64,000 nucleotides of DNA from a virus (lineage: Duplodnaviria; Caudoviricetes): positions 60,996 to 124,995 of the IMG/VR virus record IMGVR_UViG_3300043120_000039; one strand, given 5' to 3'. The translations under genes and the position numbers were made by a program. The notes below the pieces were generated by a model. It did not search any database. It was not told the origin of the DNA and saw nothing but the letters and a program-made list of their open reading frames with translations. Of the stretch, positions 52,639-64,000 are shown piece by piece (the stretch's first letter is position 1; each line of letters begins with the position of its first letter).

Positions 52639-54889
52639 TCAACTATAATCCCATTTGTTAGGATCAATCTTCAACTTATTCCAAGAGTTGTTGCTATGAT
52701 ACCAGATGAAAGTATCCTCTGGAACATCCAACCTCCACTGACGTACTGTATCACATTGGTCTAAAGCATGACAAATACCCCAAGCTGCATTACCATCAGC
52801 AACAACACATTCTAAAGTTTTACGTTCAAATTCATCGTACCATAGGATTTTAATAAGCATATAGACCTCTCACAAACTTCTCAAATGTTCATAAAGCTCT
52901 TTACCTTTCTCGGTAAGCTTCACCATATTATTCTGAACTTTTACACCATCAGATTGACTCTTATCACGCTGAAGTTTTACTTGTTCAACAAGTTTAGCAT
53001 TCTTAGCAGAAGTAAAAGAACTATCTGCAACATCAATATGTTTTAATTCAAGAAAATCATAAACCTTCTCACCATTTGGCATCTCAATTACACGGTGCAG
53101 GTGCCAATCATGTAACTTAATCATATCTTCCATACTGATATATTTGGTGTGCCATGTACTCATATCAATAGTTTGGAAACCTTGACACAAACGTTCAGAA
53201 CTAACTGGAACATAACCTAATGTTTGTGCAAATTCAATTAAACTTTTAATCTGCAAATCTTTTGTATCAATCATCTTAAATTCTGTCATTGTTGTTCTCC
53301 TTAATTACAACAAGATTCTGTCTCAACCCAACTAAACTGACTTAATCTTCTCACACATAACCTTTCTTGTCAACATAGAAATCTAGGTCTGTTGAAATTA
53401 ATTTTTACTTCGTTTTCAAAATTTTATATTAACTCTGCAAGAGCTTCTTCCGCAAACTCTTTTGTGATTAAGTCGTAACGTAGTGCTTCATAAATCACTT
53501 CACGTTTTGCACGAGTAATCTCAACATTACTATGTTTTAGAATATTATCTTTGATTTCATACTGGATAGCACCTAGACTAGATTCACTCCCCTCAAACAC
53601 AGCTTCCACCCAATGCAGTGGGTATTTAATCTGCGAATCAGAGTCACAAATTTCATCATAAGAATCTTCGTAGCTAAAATGAACTGTGATTGAATTATCT
53701 TCCAGATCAATCCAGTGTTCTTGATAGGTTTCGTTGTAACCAAGCTCATAAGGATTATTCACATAATCTATTCCTTCAAAGTATTCTGGATTATCCTCAG
53801 TGAAGTTGCTACACATAGCTCCTAGTGTATTTAATGTTTCAGATAGTTCTTCTTTATAAGCTTGATATTGTTTTTCTAATTCTAAAAATGTCATTTTATT
53901 CTCCTATTGGAAACTTTTCTGGATACTCCCTCATATACCATTCAGCACACTCTTTGTTATCTATAAGTAAATCTTCATAAGAATCGAACTCATAATAAGC
54001 AAACTCTGCACCACAACATGTTGACATCAACCAATCAACTTTATCCGAGACTGGTAAAGTATCATAATTATCAGGAAAAGCGTTTTCAATAAAGTACTCC
54101 TGTTCAAACTCCTCCATAGGATTATTTTGACAATAGTTCTCAGCCTCTGACTTTCTCACTTTACAACTTGTGCAAACATAAGAATCTAACATATCAAAAA
54201 TCATATTGATATCTGTGGTTGTTAATTCAAACCCTTTTGATGAAAGTTTTATTAATTTATAGTATTTGCTCATATCTAATAACTCCACTCATAAAAATCA
54301 TTAGCCAACCAATCATGTATATAAAGATCTTCACATTCTTCATTACAACATTTATAAATTTCACCAGTTTGCTGGCCTGAATAAGCCCTTGGGGAATCAT
54401 AATTGCTATAAGTAGTATCATGTAGCAACATTTCACTACCACAAGATGGGCATAATTTACTCATAGTTTTTCTTCTCCAACAATATCTGTGATTTGTTCT
54501 TGGTGGCGCTGTGTTTTGAGCTTAGCTTGTTCATATGCATCAAAGAAAGATTGTTTTCTTTCAGATTTAGACATATCAGATGAAAAACTATAACCTAGTT
54601 CTGATTCACGAAACTTGATCTCTGGTTCTGGATTGTCAATCAGCCACTGACCTCTATCTTCCTCTGATATCAAACCTGAATCTACTCTAAGATTCTTCTG
54701 AATATATTTCAGGTTCCAGCTCAGGTATTCAGACGTATATTTCATATGAACACCATCTACATCTTCACCAGAAATGTAGATAAGTTGTGAAGGGTCATCA
54801 ATCTGTTGTGCACGAGAGATTAGTACGCCCTGAACTTCTTCCTTTTGAAAGAATTGGTCTAGATTGTCTGCAGCTTTATCTTTATTCAT
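52639..54889 (-). CDS. six hypothetical genes (52639-52860, 52870-53289, 53424-53894 very acidic, 53896-54273, 54276-54464 Zn-finger, 54461-54889)
   Basis: contiguous minus-strand ORFs. Confidence 0.65.
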
Positions 54890-54929
54890 TCTCGGCATCC
54901 TTCATTTTCAGAAAGTAAATCATTACCCT
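54882..54929 (-). pseudogene. orphaned C-terminal stub (RVMIYFLKMKDAENE*) of the DUF2591-like gene
   Basis: resembles the usual ...RAAMIVFL.. C-terminus of this family; its stop overlaps the next gene's ATG. Confidence 0.55.
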
Positions 54930-55437
54930 ATTCGTACCTATAATACTCACCGTGCAACTCCATTGCTTTTTTGTCGTAAGCTAATTTCGCCTCTTCTGCG
55001 GTGTCAAAGCTACCAAGATAATATTTGACGCCTTTGTGCTTTACTTGAGCGCAAAACGGCTTACCTCTTCCTGAGTTTTTATAAACTCCTTTAAATCCAG
55101 TAGAGTTGGTTGATGGCTTTTTCATGTTCTTTTGATTTTGATGGAACTCAACAACTCTCAAATTCGACGGGTCATTATTATCCTTGTCGCCATCAATGTG
55201 ATCCAAACTTAGTTCTGGGTTATATCCATGCTCAATAAACCATGAAACCCTATGCGCTAGAAGTATGTCACCACCGGCGCAAATCCTTCTGTACCCAGCC
55301 TTGTCAACACTACCCGCTGGTACCCCTGTTTTTGCGCCGCTTTTATGGACTACCCAATAGGGCTTTCCTTTTACAAAATTAATCTGCTCTTTCGCTAAGA
55401 TATAGCTCTGCAATTTTTCTTGTGATACTTTTGCCAT
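54928..55437 (-). CDS. HNH-AP2 homing endonuclease
   Basis: AHRVSW, LDHIDGDKDNNDPSNLR, STGFKGV...YLGSFDTAEEA..AYD. Confidence 0.92.
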   Translation of the reverse strand: MAKVSQEKLQSYILAKEQINFVKGKPYWVVHKSGAKTGVPAGSVDKAGYRRICAGGDILLAHRVSWFIEHGYNPELSLDHIDGDKDNNDPSNLRVVEFHQNQKNMKKPSTNSTGFKGVYKNSGRGKPFCAQVKHKGVKYYLGSFDTAEEAKLAYDKKAMELHGEYYRYE

Positions 55438-55699
55438 TCAAAAAATCTCCATTGATTTTATCTTTCTCAACAACAACTGTACACCCACAATTAACAAGAC
55501 TCACCAACAAAGACCAAGCGTCTGACGGGTTGTTACAGAAGTCCAAATCTTGAGGCCACATTTTATAAGCGTTAACCTGAACAACGTTTCCGTTATTCAA
55601 TCTGTAAAACTTAAAGTATTCAGGATCGCTTGGGTGATTGTATTTCATCTTGGCAACAGCTAAGTTAATCTCAAAATCGCTCATTTCTTCGTAGTTCAT
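55379..55699 (-). CDS. DUF2591/NinX-like phage protein
   Basis: MNYEEMSDFEIN..VA and DFCNNPSDAW motifs. Confidence 0.7.
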   Translation of the reverse strand: MNYEEMSDFEINLAVAKMKYNHPSDPEYFKFYRLNNGNVVQVNAYKMWPQDLDFCNNPSDAWSLLVSLVNCGCTVVVEKDKINGDFLNGKSITRKIAELYLSERAD

Positions 55700-56105
55700 G
55701 AATCCCCCATTTCATCCAAATCATAATAACCACACCACTTTCCATCAATGTAGATGCAATATTCAAGTTCTGTATCATTCCAAACAATCTGAACTTTGTC
55801 AATAGGAATATTCCACTTTGTAGAAATTTTCTTTGTTACATAAGGTATGAAATGCTCGGTATAGTCTTCTTCATAAACAGTTTTCATCGATTCTCATAAC
55901 CTCCACATTCATCATCTAATTCGTCTTCAAGGTAAGCATAGTACAATTCTTCACCTTCTTCAATCTCTTTCTGAACTAATCTTTTCTCAAGAGATTTACT
56001 TGGAGTACAGACATCTTTCCACCAACAATCATATTCTCCATTGTCACGGATGTAATGCTTACCACCAGTTTTATCTTTGTAATATTTACACCCAAGTGGT
56101 TTCAT
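55696..56105 (-). CDS. two hypothetical genes (55696-55887, 55884-56105)
   Basis: ATGA-coupled ORFs. Confidence 0.6.
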
Positions 56106-56108
56106 TGG

Positions 56109-57386
56109 TTATGCTTCTCTAACTATGCGGCAATTGATTGAGAAACCACAAACATGTTCATAAGCTTTCTTCATACAATCCAGCAACTCTTTTCTGAATT
56201 TAGCTGGTGCTATAAATTCATCATGTGTTTGGATAACAAGACACCCATAATTCTGCATCATAGATTCAACAACATAGTCATTAATTAAACTGCCAGCGTA
56301 TTGAAGTTCTGCACCAAAGCCACGATAAAATTTATCTGATATTAGGTGATGTTTATCTTCTAGCATCTCCATCAACATCTTAACGGGGATCCGTGAATCT
56401 GGTATCTTTCCGTCTGTGCATAACTTATCTACATCAAACTCCGCCCGTACTGCTGAATTCAAAGCTTTATGAGCAAGTTCCTTAGATTCTGTATTGAACA
56501 TGATAAGCAAAGCTAATTTAGAGAACTTACGAAGAACCTCAGAGTCATATCCATCTAAATCCAATTCATAAGGATCTGTGAATTCCATATTTTCTTGAGA
56601 CATACTATAAGCAAGACTCGGCTCGAATCCTTTGAAATCATATGCACATATATTTTCGTTGTCTATTGTAATACTATGCCTCTGTTGTTTGCTTAAACCT
56701 TGTACTGAATTTTTCATATGAGTTCTACCTCCTCTTTGAAAGTTCTCATTGAAAACTTTATAACTCTGTACATCATACACTTTGTCACCACTCTTGACAA
56801 CCTTTTCCTTAGAAAATTCATTAAATTTTTGAAGGTAATCTTTAACCTCTTTTATATGGACATTCATTTTAAATGTCAAAGATTCTTTATTTCTGTTGCG
56901 TAATATTATTACATTTGTTAAAGTTTTTACATTATCACCATTAAGTGGATGATTACAATATAAAGTCTTGAGTTTGTCTTTAAAAACAATGAAACTCCTG
57001 ACGAAAGAAATTATTTGCCATTTTCCCATGTGGAAACCGTATTCAGGAGTACTACCAATATCAAGAGTGATGTAACCTTTTATAACTAAGAAATCTAACA
57101 GGCTTCTTGTGTAGGTATAACTTACCTTACGTCCTGTACTCTTACCATTAACTATAAAAGGTTTAGTATAAACACTTTCATCTAAAGTTACACCAACCTT
57201 ATCATGATTATTCATACAGTTATTATATGTGTTTAGTATGAAACAACCAACTGCTTTCTTTGCTAACTTACGTTTATTGTCGGTTACTTTATTATACATC
57301 GATTCTAAATAAGTTAAAAATTCTGAAGTTATTTCATCTCTAAGTTGATATAGTTGTTTATTAATCTTATAATCTAATATATACAT
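56109..57386 (-). CDS. PolA/T7-RNAP superfamily (TV-Pol-like) polymerase, paralog 2
   Basis: GGRTH, YDFKGFEP, RKFSKLALLIMFN, THDEF; colinear with 428..1708. Confidence 0.7.
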   Translation of the reverse strand: MYILDYKINKQLYQLRDEITSEFLTYLESMYNKVTDNKRKLAKKAVGCFILNTYNNCMNNHDKVGVTLDESVYTKPFIVNGKSTGRKVSYTYTRSLLDFLVIKGYITLDIGSTPEYGFHMGKWQIISFVRSFIVFKDKLKTLYCNHPLNGDNVKTLTNVIILRNRNKESLTFKMNVHIKEVKDYLQKFNEFSKEKVVKSGDKVYDVQSYKVFNENFQRGGRTHMKNSVQGLSKQQRHSITIDNENICAYDFKGFEPSLAYSMSQENMEFTDPYELDLDGYDSEVLRKFSKLALLIMFNTESKELAHKALNSAVRAEFDVDKLCTDGKIPDSRIPVKMLMEMLEDKHHLISDKFYRGFGAELQYAGSLINDYVVESMMQNYGCLVIQTHDEFIAPAKFRKELLDCMKKAYEHVCGFSINCRIVREA

Positions 57387-57569
57387 TAAACCTCTCTATG
57401 TCTTGTTCCAAGAAGTAGCTCCGCTACTATAAAAGATAAATTTAAAATAAACGCCGAAAACCCATTGTTTATCAATGGGTTATAATATTTTACATTGGTA
57501 GATTTTCGAAGTATTGAAACTAATAGTTGATACCTTTAATTTCTGTGTAATCAATAAAATCTGTCATAA

Positions 57570-60500
57570 TTAATCTCCCTCTTTCAAATAGTCTACGTAA
57601 TTAACAACAAAGTTATCTAGGTAATTATCTACTTGATCCAAAATGATGTCAATAGTTTCAAGTGGAATATTTTGTGTTGTAATAACCATACCTTCTTTAA
57701 CAGACTTCATTACTTTTGTTAACATCTCTTGATTATCAAGAATAAATTGTTCTACTTCTGACATAACACCTCCTGTTCATCAACTCTCTAATCCACGGCA
57801 ATCATCACCGTAAATTGTACTCTTTCCAAACTACCTTAATCCCAAAATGTATCAAGATGTTTAGCAATCAATCCAAAGCAATATTCTTTGTCGTACTTAC
57901 GACGAGCATCTTGATATTTATAATCTAAGTAAACAATCTCATCTTTGTAAATAGGAGAATCCTTTTGTTTAGGAATAATTCTATTACGATTGTTGAAAAC
58001 TTCACAAGGCTTATCATATTCACTATCACGAATGCGCTTCAGAAGCTCTGTAATCAACTTTAGCTTCTTACCAGTGTCATTACTGCGTACAAGATTTCCA
58101 TGCTTGCTGTGCATCTTAGAGGCGTTCTCTGTCCACAGAATCATTGCATCTAATAGATATTCTTGGTCATACCAAGGAAATTGTTTATGAAACTGCTTGC
58201 TGAATTTCTTTTTCATGGTTAAACACCTTTAACAAAGTCAAACTCTTGAGTTCCAAATTCAAACATACCTACTGTTTTCAAATCATACAGGGCTTCTTGG
58301 CAGATAAAGTATGCAACACGTTCTTCAAACTTAGGGTTCCATTCATAATTAAGACTACTAACAAAGAAATCCTCTGCAATCATTGACAGAAGAGAAGGAA
58401 GGTTAAAATTTACACCATTCTCTTTTGCTTTAGCAATCTTAGGTAGTAGATAGTTTGTTGCATTAAGTAAAGTTTCATGTGTATGTTTCATAAATATTCT
58501 CCTTGAATATTATTGGTTATAGTACAAGAGTAACACAGACGAGGTTTTTGTCAACATACATTTCCAAAATCAACCCCTCCTTTCACCCAAAGTTCACTTC
58601 GACTAACTGTAATCTGATTTACATGATATTGCAAGTTAAATACATCAAGCCACTCTGTCAATTCAACCATATCCCTGTATGAATCAATAGTATAAATTGT
58701 ATAGTCGTCTTGTTGTCTTATTGATGTGAACATTACTTAATCCTTGCAAAATGCACATAACGTTTTGACATAGTTGTCAAGACCACTTCATGACCACGAA
58801 ATTTGATTTTACCAGATTCAACATCACACTTAAAGTCATGATAGTTATTAATATTATGCAAATCATAATATGTATCATGATCCATGTAAAGTATGAACTC
58901 AACCTCACTAGGGTCAGTTTCACCCATTTGACAAGCCATATTATAAGCTTTATCCATTTCAGAGTAAATGTAGTGGATTAAAGTGTTGAGGTGTTGCTCT
59001 TCAAAACTGTCACTACTTCTGAAAACTGGACGTTCTGTAGTTTGAAACTTCACTGGACGATTAATACGTTGACAAAATTCACTGTTTGCAAAAGCAAGTT
59101 GCTTTTCAAGGTAATCTACCTTCCGTTGTAAACGTGCAACCTTTTTAGTTTTACTCATAATCACCCCAACCAAATTCGTTCTGTTCAATCCTGTAATTCC
59201 ATTCATTAACCAAAACCTGATTAATCTTAGCAGGGTAACCTTTCAATGTAAAGTAACATAGACTCTCTAAATGACCATCCTCTAAATCTTTTAGTGCAAT
59301 GTATTCTGTTTGAGGAAGTTTCTTACCATTCTTGTCAAAATTTCGTCCCCAGATAAACTCTTCTCGAATCTTTTCATGAGGATCATCTGTGTATAGTGAT
59401 AAGTCCTCAAACTCAAGATCAGAATACCCTATTCGTTGATATTGTGTTCCTCCATCAATAAAGTATTCTCGTCCATCTTCTTGAATATGTTGTTTGAAAT
59501 CATGTTGGTGTGTAGATTGTAATACTGTTCCATCGGGACAACGGATTTTATTCACCAAAAGTTCTCTTTGTTTATATTCCTTAGGTATTTCGTAGTCATC
59601 CATAAAACCTCCTATAACCTTCTGTAATCAATTTAAATTAATCATAAGGTAATCTATCACATTTGTCAATAAAACCTTGTGATAAGCCTTACAATTTGTT
59701 TAAACGTTATAATATCAGCCTTTCTCAAATAGTTTTATATTTCACAGATTATTCTTCTACAATTTCAAAATCTGCATAAATAAATTTGTAATTAGGTTTA
59801 ACACTATCACCTTTTACACCAATACGCAACAATTCTTCACCAAGAATATACGCACCTTGCAGACCTTTGTGTTCAAACAATTCTGCTTCGACAATAGCGT
59901 TGTCATAATTAACATTTTTCCAAGCACCATAAGGTTCTGTTTCTGCGGAGGATTTGGGTAATAGTTTAATTTTAGTCATAACTGTAAGTTACCCCCATAG
60001 ACTTTGTTATAAAGTTTGTGATATTCTTTCCAACCACTTTCCGCATAGCGATTACGGTTCTCTAGAACCTCTCTGAGACGTTTTAACTCTTTGAGCATAA
60101 GTTGGTTACCTTGCAGACGAACACGCTCTCTGGCTTGTTGTAGGGCTGATTTTAGACGTAAGTTGTCAATAACTTCTGAACCACTATAACCATTCTCTGT
60201 AAAGCCGTCAAACACTTGATCCATGACATGCTTAATAATGGTGTCTTCACATGACAAACGTTCTGCTAGTTCAAGTTTAAAATCATAAGAGGTATTATCA
60301 AAGATATCTAGTACATCTAGAATTACTTCCCCGTTTGCGTTAATTGTTGGTTTAATCATAGTTATTCTCCTTGCTGGTATTCGTTCATCAGAAACTTCAA
60401 AATCTCTTTACTACCATCGTCCAATTGGTTAATCTTAACCACAAGGTCTACCATTCTTTCTGCTGCATAAAAGTTGATATTATTGAACGCCGTTTTGATT

Positions 60501-61574
60501 TGCTCTACACTTTTAGCCGTTTCATCCAGTTGTTGTTTAAGTGGAGAGATTTCCTTTTCGATCTCTACTACAAGTTTTTTAGATTCAGATTTAACTTTAG
60601 GCATAATATCCCACATATTATCGATAACTTTCTCAATCTCTTCTTGCTGAGAACTATACACTCCCATAAGAGATTGTTTGAAAACCACACATGCTGCTTT
60701 ATATCGCGCCAAATCATCATCGAGTTGTCGTAATTCGCTTTCGATATTTAATTGAAGTTTCTTGGCCACCTCTTCAACCATAAGTTTTTCATTTTCACCT
60801 GATTGTAACTTCTTCAATTCTGCTGCAGTTTCTTTGGTTACCCACAAGCTTACGTACTCTTTATTTTCAATACTCATAATTCCTTCTCCTTCTTAACATC
60901 ATTAATACGTTTCCACATAACCTCTTCAGAAATATCGTCTGACAAGAGGTAATCTATGTGATGGATGATCTTAGATGAATAGTCTAACATATTAATTAGC
61001 TTATCAATTTCTTCAAACAAAGACTGCTTATCTTCAACAAACCCCAACCTTTCATCTTCTTCTACTAGGTTACGCAGATCATCTGCAATGTTTTGCAATT
61101 TATATTGATTGTAATCAAAGTAACCTCCAGACATAATCATTCTCCTTTAAGAAACAAACGTTCCATAATCAAATCTCCAATACGAACATCTAAATCCAGT
61201 TGCCAATCTTCTCGTGGTTGGAGGTTAACTACAATCTCTTTTACACGTTCATCAATTAGGTGTTTATTGTTTTCAACAGATTGCATCAGGAGTTTATAAG
61301 CAGAGTTTGTTTCTCGGCTCCAAGCATCTGGTTTCTGGAACAAGTTAAACTCAGAGAAACTCTTCATCTGCTTTTGTACAGCATGTTCCAGTTGTTCTTT
61401 GAAAGTTCCATCAATAACTTCATCAACACTCTTCCAAATGACATGATAAGCTGCATTATTCACCATACGTTCAAAGTTGCTATCAATATATGATTTACAT
61501 TTATCTTTCACAGCTTCAGCCATGATAGCTTTAATTTCACTTTCTGACATGTAATCACTAATTTCAATATTCAT
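57570..61574 (-). CDS. block of about 11 hypothetical genes, including a conserved C..DG.VLQS.H.HDF..IDGG protein (59151-59603) and coiled-coil proteins
   Basis: contiguous minus-strand ORFs with RBSs. Confidence 0.65.
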
Positions 61575-61582
61575 ATTATCCC

Positions 61583-62143
61583 TTAACCTCTAAAACTATC
61601 CAAAACTTTCAAAGCCTCCATAACTTGCTTTAATTGTTCATAATTTTCTACAATAAATTCATCTTCTTCTGAATATGCAGTCACTTTACCAGAAGGGTCA
61701 AAACTTATCAAGAGGTTAGTTTCTTTTGCTAAAGATTGGATCTTTGTGAAAGCAAAGGCATTTTCATCAAGAATGATATCTTCTCCAAAAGCTCCTGTGG
61801 TGGTCTCAGGGATACATTTAGTAATATGTGAATGGTCGGCTAAACTAACCCCACAAATCTGCTCTACGTTGCATACAGCAGCTTTTTGAGCCACCCGACT
61901 AGCATTCAACATATTAGCAAAAGTAACAAAGATATCTTCCACAGTTTTGCATTCTTTGAAAGAAGAAACCTGAATCTTAGTATCAAACTCTTCCTCTAGA
62001 GCCATTGTTAATTCTACCATATCTAGACTATCTGCACGCAGATCTTCTCTTAGAGTAGCATTTAGTTGAACTTCACATAAGTCTGCACCCAATTGCTCTG
62101 AGATGATAAGACGTACTTTATCTTCAAATTGTTGTTTGTTCAT
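61583..62143 (-). CDS. acyl carrier protein domain fused to an unknown C-terminal domain
   Basis: IISEQLG...EDLRADSLDMVELTMALEEEFD with the phosphopantetheine Ser motif. Confidence 0.85.
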   Translation of the reverse strand: MNKQQFEDKVRLIISEQLGADLCEVQLNATLREDLRADSLDMVELTMALEEEFDTKIQVSSFKECKTVEDIFVTFANMLNASRVAQKAAVCNVEQICGVSLADHSHITKCIPETTTGAFGEDIILDENAFAFTKIQSLAKETNLLISFDPSGKVTAYSEEDEFIVENYEQLKQVMEALKVLDSFRG

Positions 62144-62155
62144 GATTTATTTTCC

Positions 62156-63097
62156 TTAATCTACATACAGTGCTAATCTATCACCATCAAAATCTTGCTC
62201 ATTGATTTGTTGTACTAATCCTAACAATGTTTCTGGCATAACATGATAACCTTTATGTGAATATTTCAACAGTCGTGAAAGTGTAGCAACTGGGTATGAC
62301 ACAAAATGTAAACCTAGTGTACGCTTCTTAACATGACTCACCCAATCTGGATGGGTATATAACACATCTTGATACATACAAGCACATGTTGGGATAAAAT
62401 CAAAGCTATTAATCAACTGTTCTGGTGAATCATAAAAACTTTTGGTAATAAATTGTACTTTACGTTGATTTTTATAATCTTCTGGAGTCTTATCTTCATC
62501 AGGTTTGTCAATTGCAGTTTTGTAAGTAATTAATTCACCTGCTGGACAACGGAATGCTTCATACCAACAACCATCTTCACTACCTTCATACATTTGCATG
62601 ACGTTTTCAGCTTTCTTCAAAGCAGTTTCACCATTAAAGAATAGATCAATATCTGCAATGATATCTTTACCTCCCAGTAAATTACGTAAACTACCACCTG
62701 CTAGATACACACCTTCGATATTACACAACTCTTCAAACCAAATAGGAAAATAGTCATATAGATTGTTTGTACGAGACTCTTTGATAAAGTTAAACTTCTT
62801 AATATCAAACCATTCTTCCGGTGTGATTACTTCTGCATGACCATAACCCTTAGAGAACACCTCATCTAAGATTTTATCAGCATCTTCATTAGTAATAGGT
62901 ACAATGATCTCATCAAATTCATTTTCATAGTTGGTATGTTTCTTTGCCCACTCAACAGCCTCATCCTCAGTTGAATGATAACTGTAATCTACAAAACCTG
63001 AATTTTCTGGTAAATATTTCACACACCAATGAGAAGGTATTTTCAACTCTGGTTCATCTGAGTAATCTTGAAAGAAAATCTCTAAAAATTTATACAC
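62156..63097 (-). CDS. nucleotidyltransferase (CCA/poly(A) polymerase head-like)
   Basis: LAGGSLRNLL...ADIDLFF, VQFI, SFDF, R..KY..KGY. Confidence 0.8.
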   Translation of the reverse strand: MYKFLEIFFQDYSDEPELKIPSHWCVKYLPENSGFVDYSYHSTEDEAVEWAKKHTNYENEFDEIIVPITNEDADKILDEVFSKGYGHAEVITPEEWFDIKKFNFIKESRTNNLYDYFPIWFEELCNIEGVYLAGGSLRNLLGGKDIIADIDLFFNGETALKKAENVMQMYEGSEDGCWYEAFRCPAGELITYKTAIDKPDEDKTPEDYKNQRKVQFITKSFYDSPEQLINSFDFIPTCACMYQDVLYTHPDWVSHVKKRTLGLHFVSYPVATLSRLLKYSHKGYHVMPETLLGLVQQINEQDFDGDRLALYVD

Positions 63098-63910
63098 TTT
63101 TACTCTCCTTATAATCCTTAATCTCTTTCTTAAATGCCTTATTCAACCACTTTCTGCAGACAGTAATCAAATCTGCATTAACATGTTCTCCAGCAAGTTC
63201 CCAAGCTTCTGTAGCTGTTGTTCTGGACATATGACTACATACACCATTAAGCTTGTATGTATAGGTAGTTCTACCTTCCATACGATAGACTTCTACACAG
63301 AAAGTATTCTCACCATTTGTATAAACACCTAAACCTTTTACATTAAAATTTGCACAAAAGATAACAGGTTTAGTGAAGTTCATTTCTGACATAAGGATTC
63401 CTTTTCTCGGTCAAGTTTAATCTTATCCACAGCACGTTTGCAAGAATGTAAGTTCTCATGGAAACTTAGAATCATTTCTGGTGGAACATAACTTTCTGAC
63501 AACATAGTAGATTGGTTGTCAAGAAGTATTGCACATACTCGAAGTAGAATGCTTTCTGTATCAGATGGTTTACCGTTCATAAGTAATCCTCGTAATCTTC
63601 ATCAAGATCTGTATAGCGTTGTTCAAAGTATTCTTTATCTTCAACTTCAATATCTATTAACTCTAATTGAATTGCATCTTCTTCTGATAACATAATAATC
63701 TCCTTAATTCAAAACTTGATTTAGCTTCTGCAGCATAGTTTGTAATCTACAACGTGTCAAGATGTTTCTTTTAACAGCCTCTGCGTGTTGCAAAGATTCA
63801 TAACGATGTACATTGTCATCAATCCACTTTAATTCAGACTGCGGATGTGGTAAAGGTTTGGTGGGTTTCATAGAAGTGTACCAATTAATACGAAAATACA
63901 GCCATACCAC
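63090..63910 (-). CDS. hypothetical genes (63090-~63383, 63380-63580, 63704-63910)
   Basis: minus-strand ORFs. Confidence 0.55.
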
Positions 63911-64000
63911 AGAGAATCTAAAACTTTCCCTAAATCTGATTGAGTATACCTTCCGGTAAACAAACTCATAAATCTAGCAAAAGTATTTCCCAGTCCTAGC

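Overview
AT-rich segment of a large lytic dsDNA phage genome, with no structural genes in the window. The host is inferred to be a gammaproteobacterium, probably Vibrionaceae-like, from the ThyA, NrdAB and ACP sequence types and from CRP/Fur-like boxes. Positions 1-5.7 kb and 52.6-64 kb are leftward blocks of mostly small hypothetical genes, each containing one of two paralogous ~425-aa PolA/T7-RNAP-superfamily (TV-Pol-like) polymerases. The rightward block at 5.8-44.4 kb covers DNA and nucleotide metabolism: nucleotidyltransferase, MazG-like, 5'-3' exonuclease, RuvC, endo VII, thyA, DHFR, three N6-adenine MTases, nrdA split by a group I intron, nrdB, PhoH, HslV-like peptidase, intein-containing DNA ligase, rIIA/rIIB, RNA ligase, serine recombinase and a macrodomain protein. 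The two flanking blocks converge on a distinct ~45.1-52.3 kb island, probably the terminal repeat or first-injected early region. The island is GATC-rich, has CRP-like boxes phased with most of its sigma70 promoters, is flanked by Fur-like boxes and palindrome arrays, and encodes putative structured small RNAs. Three mobile nucleases (one IS607-derived TnpB, two HNH) sit beside orphaned stubs of the genes they disrupted and appear to supply diverged replacement sequence. All calls are by eye; no database searches were run.
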